The notes under the pieces are model-generated. The model ran no database searches. It was not told the DNA's origin and saw only the letters and a list, made by a program, of their open reading frames with translations. A DNA stretch of 64,000 nt. Source: an uncultured Lentisphaerales bacterium (lineage in GTDB: Bacteria; Verrucomicrobiota; Lentisphaeria; JABSQK01; UBA12247). A program made the position numbers and the translations under genes. Where the stretch lies: positions 63,769-127,768 of the forward strand of contig CALSSJ010000030.1 of the NCBI GenBank assembly GCA_943788985.1. The letters run 5' to 3'. Positions 52,466-61,165 of the stretch are shown here, piece after piece; position 1 is the stretch's first letter, and every line of letters starts with the position of its first letter.

Positions 52466-54315
52466 GGGGGGGCCTCACGCAGATCTAGAGTGGCGCCATC
52501 CTGGAAATACATCCAGTAGGCTTGTCCTGGGAAAATAAGGTCGCCCGCCGCAAGCGGCTCGTACGAAACGCCGGAATAGCGAAAGACTGCCGCTGCAGCC
52601 GGCGGCGCAGGCACGATATCAATGGGCCCAACCGGCAACCAAGTCTCGGGTGGCAAGACCACGGGACTGAAGGTTTCCACGCCAAACCCGTGATAGACAT
52701 GCGCCGAGGGAGAGAAGAGCCACAGGCCCATGCCACTCGGGTGAGGCCCGCCAGTTGGCACAGCCGCCAGCGCCTCCCCCGTCCACAGCCAAGCTTGGCC
52801 CGGCAACTGAGCATCCGGGTGAAGGTCGAACGGAAAACTGATCAGATTCCAGCCGCGCCGCAGCGACAGCGCAAGAGTCGGCATCGCCATCAGAGTGACG
52901 GTATCCGTATCAGAGCGACCAAACTCGTCCGTGACTCTCAGCTGGTAGGTCACCGCGACACCCACGTCACCGAGAGTCGCAAAAGTCAGAACCTGGTCCG
53001 CGTCATCGACCGGGGCTGGGCTACCCCCGATCTGACTCCACTGATACGACCCGATCTGGACCGTGCCCGCGTGGGATCCCCGCCCATCTAGCGGCACCGC
53101 CGTGTCCGTAGGAACCGCTCGGTCTGGTCCGGCATCGGAAACTAAGGGAGTGTCTTCCGGGAAAACGGTCACGCTCACCAAATCAGACGCGCTATCCCCC
53201 GAATTATCGGTCACCGTCAGCCGAAACGTCAGCACGATCGCAACCGCGACGTCGGGCGTCGCAAAGGTGGGCGTAGCCAAGGAGTCGTCACTGAGCATGA
53301 CGTCCGTACCTTGCGTTTGGGTCCAGGAAAAACTGCTGATCTGACCGTCGGGATCGGTCGAGGCGCTCCCATCCAATAGCGCCTCGGTCAGCTCAAGCGC
53401 ATTGGCATCCGCCCCAGCTTTGGCAGTCGGAGGCTGGTTCCGGGGGGAAACTGTGATTTCGACGGTGTCAGTCGCCATTAGGCCGCCATCGTCAGTCACC
53501 GTGAGCTTGAACGTGATCGACTCAATCGCGTCGGCCAACGGCGCGACGAACGTGGGCATCGCCAATGCCGTGCTGTTCAGCACCACTGCTGGCCCCACCG
53601 TCCTCTCCCATTGATAGGCGACGATGCTGCCATCCGGATCTTCGGAACCCGAGCCATCCAACTGCACGGCGTCGCTCTCCTCCACGGCCTGCGGCATCCC
53701 GGCGTCGGCGACCGGCGGCAGATTATTGTCCGTCACCGTCACCACGATCTCGTCGGTATCGGTCGCGCCGTCATTGTCGGTGACCGTGAGTCGAAAGGTC
53801 AGCAGCGCCCCAGCTACGGGAACCTCCGGCGTGATGAACGAGCTAACGCTAGGTCCCAGCGGCGCGAGCGCAACGCTCGGCCCCGCTACTTGCGCCCAAG
53901 CGTGATTCGCAACCATTCCGTCCAGATCGGACGAATCCGTGCCGTCCAGAAACGCCTCCACGCCTTCTGGGATCTCAAAGTCATCGCCGGCGTCTGCCTG
54001 CGGCGGAAGCGCCACGGCCGCCTCCAGCGCCCCACCCTCGATCCACGCTTGAAACAGCTGCCGATCAGCCGTCCCCAACGGCGCGCCTTGCGGCATACGT
54101 CCTGCTTGAATTGCGCTGTTCGCACGGGCGTGTGCGCCCCCAGAGGTCGCCGACGCGTACGTGTGGAACCGCAGCCCTGCCGAGGCCTGGCCTGGACCGT
54201 GGCACGACACGCAGAATGGCCCGAGAATCCGAGGCAGGATGTCATCGTCATAGGTCACTTGCTGCCCCAGGCAGGACAGAGCGAACGTCGCCCAGCACAC
54301 GCACCACTTCATCAT
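52462..54315 (-). CDS. Exported monoheme cytochrome c fused to four PKD/Ig-like repeats
   Basis: CVSCH plus a candidate distal Met (GRMP); four repeats of PP.ADAG...LDG..S.D.DG....W.Q..G...F.LTVTD..G..D; C-terminal GWNLISFP domain. Confidence 0.8.
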   Translation of the reverse strand: MMKWCVCWATFALSCLGQQVTYDDDILPRILGPFCVSCHGPGQASAGLRFHTYASATSGGAHARANSAIQAGRMPQGAPLGTADRQLFQAWIEGGALEAAVALPPQADAGDDFEIPEGVEAFLDGTDSSDLDGMVANHAWAQVAGPSVALAPLGPSVSSFITPEVPVAGALLTFRLTVTDNDGATDTDEIVVTVTDNNLPPVADAGMPQAVEESDAVQLDGSGSEDPDGSIVAYQWERTVGPAVVLNSTALAMPTFVAPLADAIESITFKLTVTDDGGLMATDTVEITVSPRNQPPTAKAGADANALELTEALLDGSASTDPDGQISSFSWTQTQGTDVMLSDDSLATPTFATPDVAVAIVLTFRLTVTDNSGDSASDLVSVTVFPEDTPLVSDAGPDRAVPTDTAVPLDGRGSHAGTVQIGSYQWSQIGGSPAPVDDADQVLTFATLGDVGVAVTYQLRVTDEFGRSDTDTVTLMAMPTLALSLRRGWNLISFPFDLHPDAQLPGQAWLWTGEALAAVPTGGPHPSGMGLWLFSPSAHVYHGFGVETFSPVVLPPETWLPVGPIDIVPAPPAAAAVFRYSGVSYEPLAAGDLIFPGQAYWMYFQDGATLDLREAPP

Positions 54316-54860
54316 TCACTCATCCTCAGCCTGCTTCGTCTGGATCCATATACTACCGAGATCGCGACCCGTGTCGAGTCAAGCCGCACAACCTCTTACA
54401 TCACGCTGCATGCGGACTACGACATCAATAAGGCGGACCGCTTTCAGGAGTGTTATACATGGTCCTCTACTTCAACTTCTCCGTCGTCAATAAAAATAAG
54501 GACCAGGTTCAGCAAAGCTTCAATGACTAATGTGTCGATCACATCGAATAGTTTTCCGAGCGCTACAGTCACCTACTGCCAGCCCCATTCATCGCCAGAA
54601 TGGCGAAAAAAACGGCCTATGAGAAGCTTCGGTTGATGGCAACTCGCGCCCCACGGCGGGATCACACTGAAAAAGCTCGTGCTCATCTTCAAAGGCTGGC
54701 ATCTGGTGCATCGCTGCGAAGCGGAGTAGGCGGGCTGCCCGCGCTCCCAGCCTGTGAACTGAACCTCTTGCCCCGGTGGCCTGTTTGGTTTCCGGCATTA
54801 TGTTGCCTCACGGCCCCGATAGGAACACCCCAAGCGTCGCGTGATCAAGGAAAACTGAGT

Positions 54861-55343
54861 ATGGCTGGCCCGCAAGATCGTAAGGATGACACCTTCTCCC
54901 GCAAGGAGGTCTACGGCTCAGGCCACAAGCGGCGCAAGAGTTGGGCCGCGCAGCGCCGCGAACGAACCTTCCAAGACTGGTATGGCCCGCAGGGTGCGGA
55001 CCTGGAGATCGAAGGACGACAGCCCCCGCCCCAACAACTCGCCGACCTAATCGGCGCCGAATTGGTCGGCATGAACGCGGACAATCACCAGCTCATGCGC
55101 AGCCTCATGGACGCCTGGGAAGATCTAATCCCTCCAGAAATTTCCAGCATCGCCGGCCCGCAGCGGTTCTATCGCGGCTGCCTCTACATCGAGGTCTGGG
55201 AGCAAAGCTGGATCTTCATTCTCCGCACCCGCCATGAACGCGAGCTGATGGCCATTTTGCGGCGGCATTCACAAGGGCGCATTCGGCGCATTCAGTTTGT
55301 CCCCGGCGGCAGCACCAACACCAAAAAACCACGTTTCACATGA
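54861..55343 (+). CDS. DciA/DUF721-like protein
   Basis: L...W..+.P.EI...A.P.....G.L.+.V....W...L, ending with I.F; ATG at 54861 with an AAGGA SD. Confidence 0.65.
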   Translation: MAGPQDRKDDTFSRKEVYGSGHKRRKSWAAQRRERTFQDWYGPQGADLEIEGRQPPPQQLADLIGAELVGMNADNHQLMRSLMDAWEDLIPPEISSIAGPQRFYRGCLYIEVWEQSWIFILRTRHERELMAILRRHSQGRIRRIQFVPGGSTNTKKPRFT

Positions 55344-56083
55344 ATATCGGGCTCTTCGTCCCCTGCTTTATCGACCAGCTTCATCCCCCAGCCGCAATCG
55401 CCACCCTGCGCCTGCTCGAGCACTACGGGCACTCGGTAGCCTATCCTGAATCACAAGTCTGCTGCGGCCAGCCAGTGATCAATGCGGGACAGTCTGACAT
55501 CGCCGAATATGCAGCCAGATTTGAAACCTCGTTCGAGCAGTATGACGCCATCGTCTGCCCATCGGCGAGTTGCGTCGCCACCATTCGCCATCTTTATCCG
55601 CAGCTTACCAGCCGCTGCGCAGCGGTAGTCGAAAAGACCTACGAGCTGTGCGAGTTTCTGGTGGATAAGCTGGCCGTGGCATCAGTGCCGGGGCGTTGCG
55701 GAGATCGCATCGCCGTCCACCAAAGTTGCCATGGCTTGCGCGAGCTCCGCCTTGGCCCTGCCTCGGAGTTACTCGGCGAGCACCTGCCGCAGCCAACAGA
55801 TCGCCTGAAACAGCTGCTGGGGATGATCCCCGACGTGCAGCTGGTGACGCCGGCCCGGCCCGACGAGTGCTGCGGCTTCGGTGGCATGTTTTCCGTAGTC
55901 GAAGAGACCGTCTCCTGCCTCTCCGGTAATGCCCGTCTGAAAGCCTGCCTGGACGTAAAGGCAGACATCGTCACCGCTACGGATTGGTCCTGCCTCATGC
56001 ATCTGCAGGGCCTGGCTCAGCGCCAAAAGCTACCCCTGCGCTTTCAGCACGCAGCCGAGATCCTCGCCGGAGATCTGCCATGA
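55340..56083 (+). CDS. lutA: Lactate utilization protein A (CCG domains)
   Basis: LFVPCFID, Q.CCGQP, PSASC, HQSCHGLR, ECCGFGG.FS, D.SCLMHL. Confidence 0.9.
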   Translation: MNIGLFVPCFIDQLHPPAAIATLRLLEHYGHSVAYPESQVCCGQPVINAGQSDIAEYAARFETSFEQYDAIVCPSASCVATIRHLYPQLTSRCAAVVEKTYELCEFLVDKLAVASVPGRCGDRIAVHQSCHGLRELRLGPASELLGEHLPQPTDRLKQLLGMIPDVQLVTPARPDECCGFGGMFSVVEETVSCLSGNARLKACLDVKADIVTATDWSCLMHLQGLAQRQKLPLRFQHAAEILAGDLP

Positions 56084-57438
56084 AGGGCCATCCTGAACGG
56101 GCTGCGGAATTCGCAAAAGACGCGACTCGCGTCGAGACCACCGACCGGAATATGTGGACGGCCCGCTCGTCCCGTGATCGGGCGCGAGCCGCCGTTCCTG
56201 ACTGGGAAGAGTTGCGAACCGCTGCCAGCACGATCAAGGCGCACACCATGTCTCGGCTCGACCACTACCTCACGCAGTTTGCGGACTCCGCAACTGCCAA
56301 CGGGATTCACGTGCATTGGGCCAAAGATGCCGAAGAGCATAACCAAATCGTGCTGAAGCTGCTGCGCGAGGCAGAAGTGACCGAAGTGGTCAAGAGTAAA
56401 TCGATGCTCACCGAAGAGTGCGAACTGAACCCGTTTCTCGAGCGCAACGGCATTCCCGTGATCGACACCGATCTCGGCGAACGCGTCGTGCAATTGCGCG
56501 AGGAAGCGCCCAGCCACATCGTCACCCCGGCGATCCATCTCAATCGCGGCCAGATCGCCCAGACCCTTGCCGAGCACCTGCACAGCGACCCTGATAACGA
56601 TGACCCACACTACCTCACCAGCGTCGTCAGCAAAGACCTGCGCGGGCGCATTCACCGCTCCAAGGTCGCGCTCACCGGCGTGAACTACGCGGTCGCAGAG
56701 TTGGGCGGCATCGTAATCTGCACCAATGAAGGAAACGTCGACCTAGCCGTCGCCACCAGCGACATCCACATTGCCAGCATGGGCATCGAGAAGATCATCC
56801 CGCGCCTTGCCGATCTGCCGGTCTTTCTACGCTTGCTGGCGCGCTCCGCCACCGGCATGCCGAGCACGATTTATACCAGCCATTTCACCGGCCCGCGCCA
56901 AGACAGCACCATGCATGTGATCATCGTCGATAACGGGCGCAGCCAGCTCCTGGCGGACGAAGACCACCGGGAAGCACTGCACTGCATTCGCTGTGGTGCC
57001 TGCGCGAACACCTGCCATGTCACCCGCCGCGGCGGTGGCCACGCCTATGACTTTTCCACCAGCGGGCCGATCGGCAGCATCGTCGCCCCGGCGCGCGATC
57101 ACGATCGCTACGGCTCGCTGCCCTTCGCCTGCACCCTCTGCGGCTCCTGTAGCGATGTCTGCCCGGTGCGGATTCCGCTGCATCGCCTGCATCTGTCCTG
57201 GCGACGACGGTTGCTCTCACAAGGCCATGTCTCCGCCGACAAGCGCCGCCTGCTGGCGCAAATGAACATGGTTTTGCGAACTCCGCAACGCTACCGACTT
57301 GCTGGCAAAGCACTGCGGACCGCGCTGCGCATCGCCCCCGGATTGCTCGCACGCCTGTCCCCCTGGGGCAAGCAGCGCGATCTGCCCCCAGCGCCACCGG
57401 AGTCGTTTCGAGACTGGTACCGGAAGCACCGCAAATGA
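56080..57438 (+). CDS. lutB: Lactate utilization protein B (Fe-S)
   Basis: VKSKSM.TEE, TDLGE, PSHIV.PAIH, TNEGN, CIRCGAC..C, CTLCGSC..VCPV; ATG at 56080. Confidence 0.93.
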   Translation: MKGHPERAAEFAKDATRVETTDRNMWTARSSRDRARAAVPDWEELRTAASTIKAHTMSRLDHYLTQFADSATANGIHVHWAKDAEEHNQIVLKLLREAEVTEVVKSKSMLTEECELNPFLERNGIPVIDTDLGERVVQLREEAPSHIVTPAIHLNRGQIAQTLAEHLHSDPDNDDPHYLTSVVSKDLRGRIHRSKVALTGVNYAVAELGGIVICTNEGNVDLAVATSDIHIASMGIEKIIPRLADLPVFLRLLARSATGMPSTIYTSHFTGPRQDSTMHVIIVDNGRSQLLADEDHREALHCIRCGACANTCHVTRRGGGHAYDFSTSGPIGSIVAPARDHDRYGSLPFACTLCGSCSDVCPVRIPLHRLHLSWRRRLLSQGHVSADKRRLLAQMNMVLRTPQRYRLAGKALRTALRIAPGLLARLSPWGKQRDLPPAPPESFRDWYRKHRK

Positions 57439-58001
57439 GCCGCGACGCCGTTCTCAACGCGGTCCGCGCGGGCAAGCCCCCGAAACTGCCGCTCCCGCCG
57501 CCCTATTCAGCGCCCGAGCGCGCAGACGACCCAGTTGCGGAGTTCGCACGGATCCTGACAATCGTCGGCGGCCACTGGCATGTGGCGACCGACCTGGCGA
57601 CGACGCTTGCCGAGATTACGGGGCCACTCGCTGAGCATGGCCCGGTCCTGGATTGCACCAGCGCCGAGACGTCAGAAGTTGCGAAGTCCGCAACGCCGCG
57701 GAGTGCGGTCATTGTCGAGGGAAGAGTCGGGGTTGCCGAGATGGGGGCGGTCTGGGTCGGCCCGACTCTGCTTGCGCGGTCCTACTTGCCGGTGGTCTGC
57801 CATGCGCTCGTGGTGGTGATCACGCGCGAAGCGATCGTTCATTCGCTGCACGAAGGCTACGCACGAGCAGCCCAGTATTTGGAAGACGAGCCCTATGGCA
57901 TGTGGATCGCTGGCCCGAGTAAAACCGCAGACATCGAGAAGACGCTAGTGATCGGCGCGCAGGGCACCGCTGCGCATCATATCGTCCTAAAGACATGCTA
58001 G
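57435..58001 (+). CDS. lutC: Lactate utilization protein C (LUD domain)
   Basis: GVAE.GAVW, IAGPSKTADIE..LV.GA.G. Confidence 0.9.
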   Translation: MSRDAVLNAVRAGKPPKLPLPPPYSAPERADDPVAEFARILTIVGGHWHVATDLATTLAEITGPLAEHGPVLDCTSAETSEVAKSATPRSAVIVEGRVGVAEMGAVWVGPTLLARSYLPVVCHALVVVITREAIVHSLHEGYARAAQYLEDEPYGMWIAGPSKTADIEKTLVIGAQGTAAHHIVLKTC

Positions 58002-59869
58002 ATCTCGAGTTCCCCCTGGCCTTTGGGCTCCTCCGCCTGTGCGCCGAAGGTCGCCCAGACGAAACGGCCGCTGTCGACCTAATCTGCCACGCCCTAGATC
58101 AGGGCGTACGCGTTCTCGACACTGCCGATTCGTACTCGCTGGGTGCCCGCGATATGCACTATGGCGAGCATCTGGCCCGCAAAGCCGTGGCCGAATGGGG
58201 CGGCGCAGCCGACACCGTCAAAATCCTGACCAAGGCCGGCCTGACGCGCCCCAAGGGACGCTGGGTCCCGAACAGCAGTCCAGAACACCTGCGCAAAACG
58301 ATCGAAGGCAGCCTGCGGAACCTGGGCGTGGACTCGATTCCCACGCTGCTGCTCCATGTCCGCGACCCCAGACGTCCGTTCGAGGAAACCCTGGCCGCGC
58401 TGGCGAAGCTGCAACAAGAAGGAAAGATCCAAAACCTGGGGCTGTGCAACACCAGCGTTCCTGAAATTCTCCAGGCATCGCGGCATTTTTCGGTCACCAT
58501 GATCCAGAACGAACTCAACGTCATGGACCGCAAGAGCGCAACCGACGGCGTGCTGGCCTACGCAAAAATGAACGCGATCCCGTTCCTGGCGCATCGCCCG
58601 TTGGGCGGCCATGGCAAGGTTACGAAGCTAGCGGGAAACCGGGCGATAAAGCCGATCGTCCAGCGCCACGGCATCACCCCTTACGAAGCGGCATTTGCGG
58701 TGATCGCAAACCTCGGCAAGCCAGTCATTCCGTTGCTCGGTGCAACCCGCCGCGACTCTCTGGACTCATCGCTCCGCGCCGCCCGGATTCAGCTCGATGC
58801 CGAGGATTGGGCCGCGCTCCGGCAGCGCATTTCATTCGCAGCCCGGCCGCAAACTTCGGCACTGCTGGCACCACCGACTTCGCCCTCAGACCTGGCTCCA
58901 TTGGAGCGCGGAAAGGGTCCGGGCTTCGAGCCGGAGGTCGTCATGGTCATGGGCATTCAAGGTGCGGGCAAGTCCAGCTTGGTCTCCCAGTATGTGGAAG
59001 CTGGCTACATTCGCTTGAACCGGGATCTGCTCGGCGGCTCCTTGGCCGACTTGGTCCCAATTCTCGACGACGCGCTGCTGCATGAGCCACGGGTGGTCTT
59101 GGACAACACCTATCCGACCCAAAGCTCGCGCTGCTCGGTCATTCGTATCGCCCACGCCCACGGAGTACCGGTGCGCTGCAAATTCATCGCGACGCCGTAC
59201 CACGACGCCATGCTCAACGTCGTCGGCCGCGTACTCGACCGCTATGACCGACTTCCCGGCCCAGATGAGCTGAAGTCCCTGGCCCGCACCGACCCAAATC
59301 TGCCGCCGCTCGGCGCGCTCAAGCGCTGGCAGGAGAGCTTTGAGGTACCGAGCCCCGCCGAGGGATTCTCGATGATTGAAACCGTTCCGTTTATCCGCCG
59401 CCCGCAGCCCGGCACCAAGAAAGCACTATTGCTCGATGTAGACGGCACCATCCGCACGACGCAGAGCGGCGAGAAGTATCCCCGCCATCCCGATGACGTC
59501 GTGCTATTGCCGAACCGACGCGAGGTGTTGTCGTGCTGGCTGGCCGAGGGCTATGCCCTGTTTTTTGTCTCGAACCAAAGCGGCATTTCGTCAGGGAAAG
59601 TCAGCCAGGAGGCCGTCGATGCAGCCTTCGCCAGAACGGTAGAATTGCTGGACCTACCGGTAGTCGAGGTCACGTACTGCCCACATAAGGCATTTCCAGT
59701 GACCTGCTTTTGCCGCAAGCCCTACCCGGGCTTGGGCGTGATGCTCACCCGCAAGCACGGCCTGGATCTCCATGAACTAGTGATGGTCGGCGATCGCGCC
59801 AGCGATGCGGAGTTCGCACGCGCCCTTGGCGCGACCTACCACGAGGCCGAGGCCTTCTTCCAACTCTGA
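57995..59869 (+). CDS. Aldo-keto reductase / polynucleotide kinase / HAD 3'-phosphatase triple fusion
   Basis: AKR: DTADSY, TKAG, LLH, GLCN, QNE. Kinase: GIQGAGKSS, NRD, LDNT. HAD: DVDGT, SNQSG, CRKP, VGD...D. Confidence 0.85.
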   Translation: MLDLEFPLAFGLLRLCAEGRPDETAAVDLICHALDQGVRVLDTADSYSLGARDMHYGEHLARKAVAEWGGAADTVKILTKAGLTRPKGRWVPNSSPEHLRKTIEGSLRNLGVDSIPTLLLHVRDPRRPFEETLAALAKLQQEGKIQNLGLCNTSVPEILQASRHFSVTMIQNELNVMDRKSATDGVLAYAKMNAIPFLAHRPLGGHGKVTKLAGNRAIKPIVQRHGITPYEAAFAVIANLGKPVIPLLGATRRDSLDSSLRAARIQLDAEDWAALRQRISFAARPQTSALLAPPTSPSDLAPLERGKGPGFEPEVVMVMGIQGAGKSSLVSQYVEAGYIRLNRDLLGGSLADLVPILDDALLHEPRVVLDNTYPTQSSRCSVIRIAHAHGVPVRCKFIATPYHDAMLNVVGRVLDRYDRLPGPDELKSLARTDPNLPPLGALKRWQESFEVPSPAEGFSMIETVPFIRRPQPGTKKALLLDVDGTIRTTQSGEKYPRHPDDVVLLPNRREVLSCWLAEGYALFFVSNQSGISSGKVSQEAVDAAFARTVELLDLPVVEVTYCPHKAFPVTCFCRKPYPGLGVMLTRKHGLDLHELVMVGDRASDAEFARALGATYHEAEAFFQL

Positions 59870-59872
59870 GTG

Positions 59873-60010
59873 TCAGCCTTCATTGTCGTGATCAAAGGCT
59901 GTGCAGTCCTCAAAGGCGGTGTGCCACTTAGCGTATTGCTCGCCGAAGATGCCCGGCCGAAACTCTAGCAACTCCTCCTTGTTCTTGGTAACGATGAGCG
60001 CACCAGTCAT
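59873..60010 (-). CDS. Possible 45-aa small protein
   Basis: AAAAGGAG SD about 10 nt before the ATG; MTGALIVTKNKEELLEFRPGIFGEQYAKWHTAFEDCTAFDHDNEG. Confidence 0.35.
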   Translation of the reverse strand: MTGALIVTKNKEELLEFRPGIFGEQYAKWHTAFEDCTAFDHDNEG

Positions 60011-60044
60011 GGCTGTATTCGCTCCTTTTCGGAGGCAAGTGTGC

Positions 60045-60913
60045 TCATTCTATGTCATACGTTTGGTCCTCACAATCCAAATATACCTGCAGTGTGCAGG
60101 TTTCATGCTCCCAGCTTACCAGCCCGAATTGGAGAGGAAAGCCAGTGCAGACGATCGCCTTCAAACTTGCGGGGGATAATCCGGGATTTCGCCCTTCAAT
60201 CAGGTCCCACAGCCGGAGCCAGGCAAGATGCCTGCAGCCCCACCAGGTACCCGCACCGAGTATAGCAACCAGCAGCGCGGGCAGCCCTAATTTCAGAGCC
60301 CAAAGCGCCAAGTGAGTTTTACCGTCAATCCAGTACTCCGCACTGATAAACAGGATCCCACATGCGAGAGTTCCGACGACAAGCGCGACGGCCAGGGCGC
60401 AAGCTCTGGTGCCCCCCCAGAAGCGCAGACCACGGGTCTCGTATTGGACGAGCAGCGATCTTCCTCGGTGCGGCCTCGACATTCTCCAGCGGCGGGGTGT
60501 GCGCAATGGAGTCTTCGAGATACGCCTGCACGCTGGGCGCGTCCGTCGCAGACACAGTCAGACTGGCGTATGTTTTGGCGCTCGTGGCGGCAGCGACCAG
60601 GTCGAAGACCACCAGCCCTCCCATGAGTTGCGAACTCCGCATGACAGAATCAGGCAGAAGACGACAACCACCCCGCTCAGAATTCTGAATGCCAGTTGGG
60701 GTAAGCAAAGTTGGGACGGGAGCGTCTGGGGCCGCAAATGAAGCAGCAAAAGGCCCAGGTCGCTAACCAGGTAACAGGGATCAGCACCAGAACCGAAAGC
60801 GAGGCAAGTGGCCAGCTCACCTAGGACAGGGCGATGGCAATGACCACAGTGGCGACCAGTCGGATACGAGTCCTTCCTATGCGCTGCCGTGCCTTCGCAG
60901 CCGCATGGTCGTG
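60045..60913 (-). pseudogene. Degenerate membrane-protein gene fragments
   Basis: Hydrophobic segments spread over several frames, with an in-frame TAG at 60821 and no own start. Confidence 0.4.
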
Positions 60914-61153
60914 CGTGTGCATCCAGGTGATGAGGCCGACGCAGTTCTCGTCGGCATTGACGTCACGGCAGATCGCGTAGACTTCATCCGGTGTGGTCAC
61001 GGTCGGCTTCCAGACCACCTCCACCGGAATTGCGGAGTCCGCATGGAATGCCGCAGCTATTTCTTTGGCATTGGCCGCCACCTGTTCGAGCGTCTCCGGC
61101 CCGTAGAGGTGCTGACTGCCGGTGACAAACCAAAGTGTACCTGTCTTGCTCAT
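60914..61153 (-). pseudogene. araA: L-arabinose isomerase, N-terminal 80 codons only
   Basis: WFVTGSQHLYGPETL...C.G+ITWMHT, after which homology ends (the expected FSPAK is missing). Confidence 0.88.
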
Positions 61154-61165
61154 GCCAATGTTCTT

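Noticed and set aside
54316..54860. Possible replication origin or ncRNA in the long spacer beside the dciA-like gene
   Set aside because: No clear TTATCCACA-type box cluster or recognisable RNA family; most simply a divergent promoter region.
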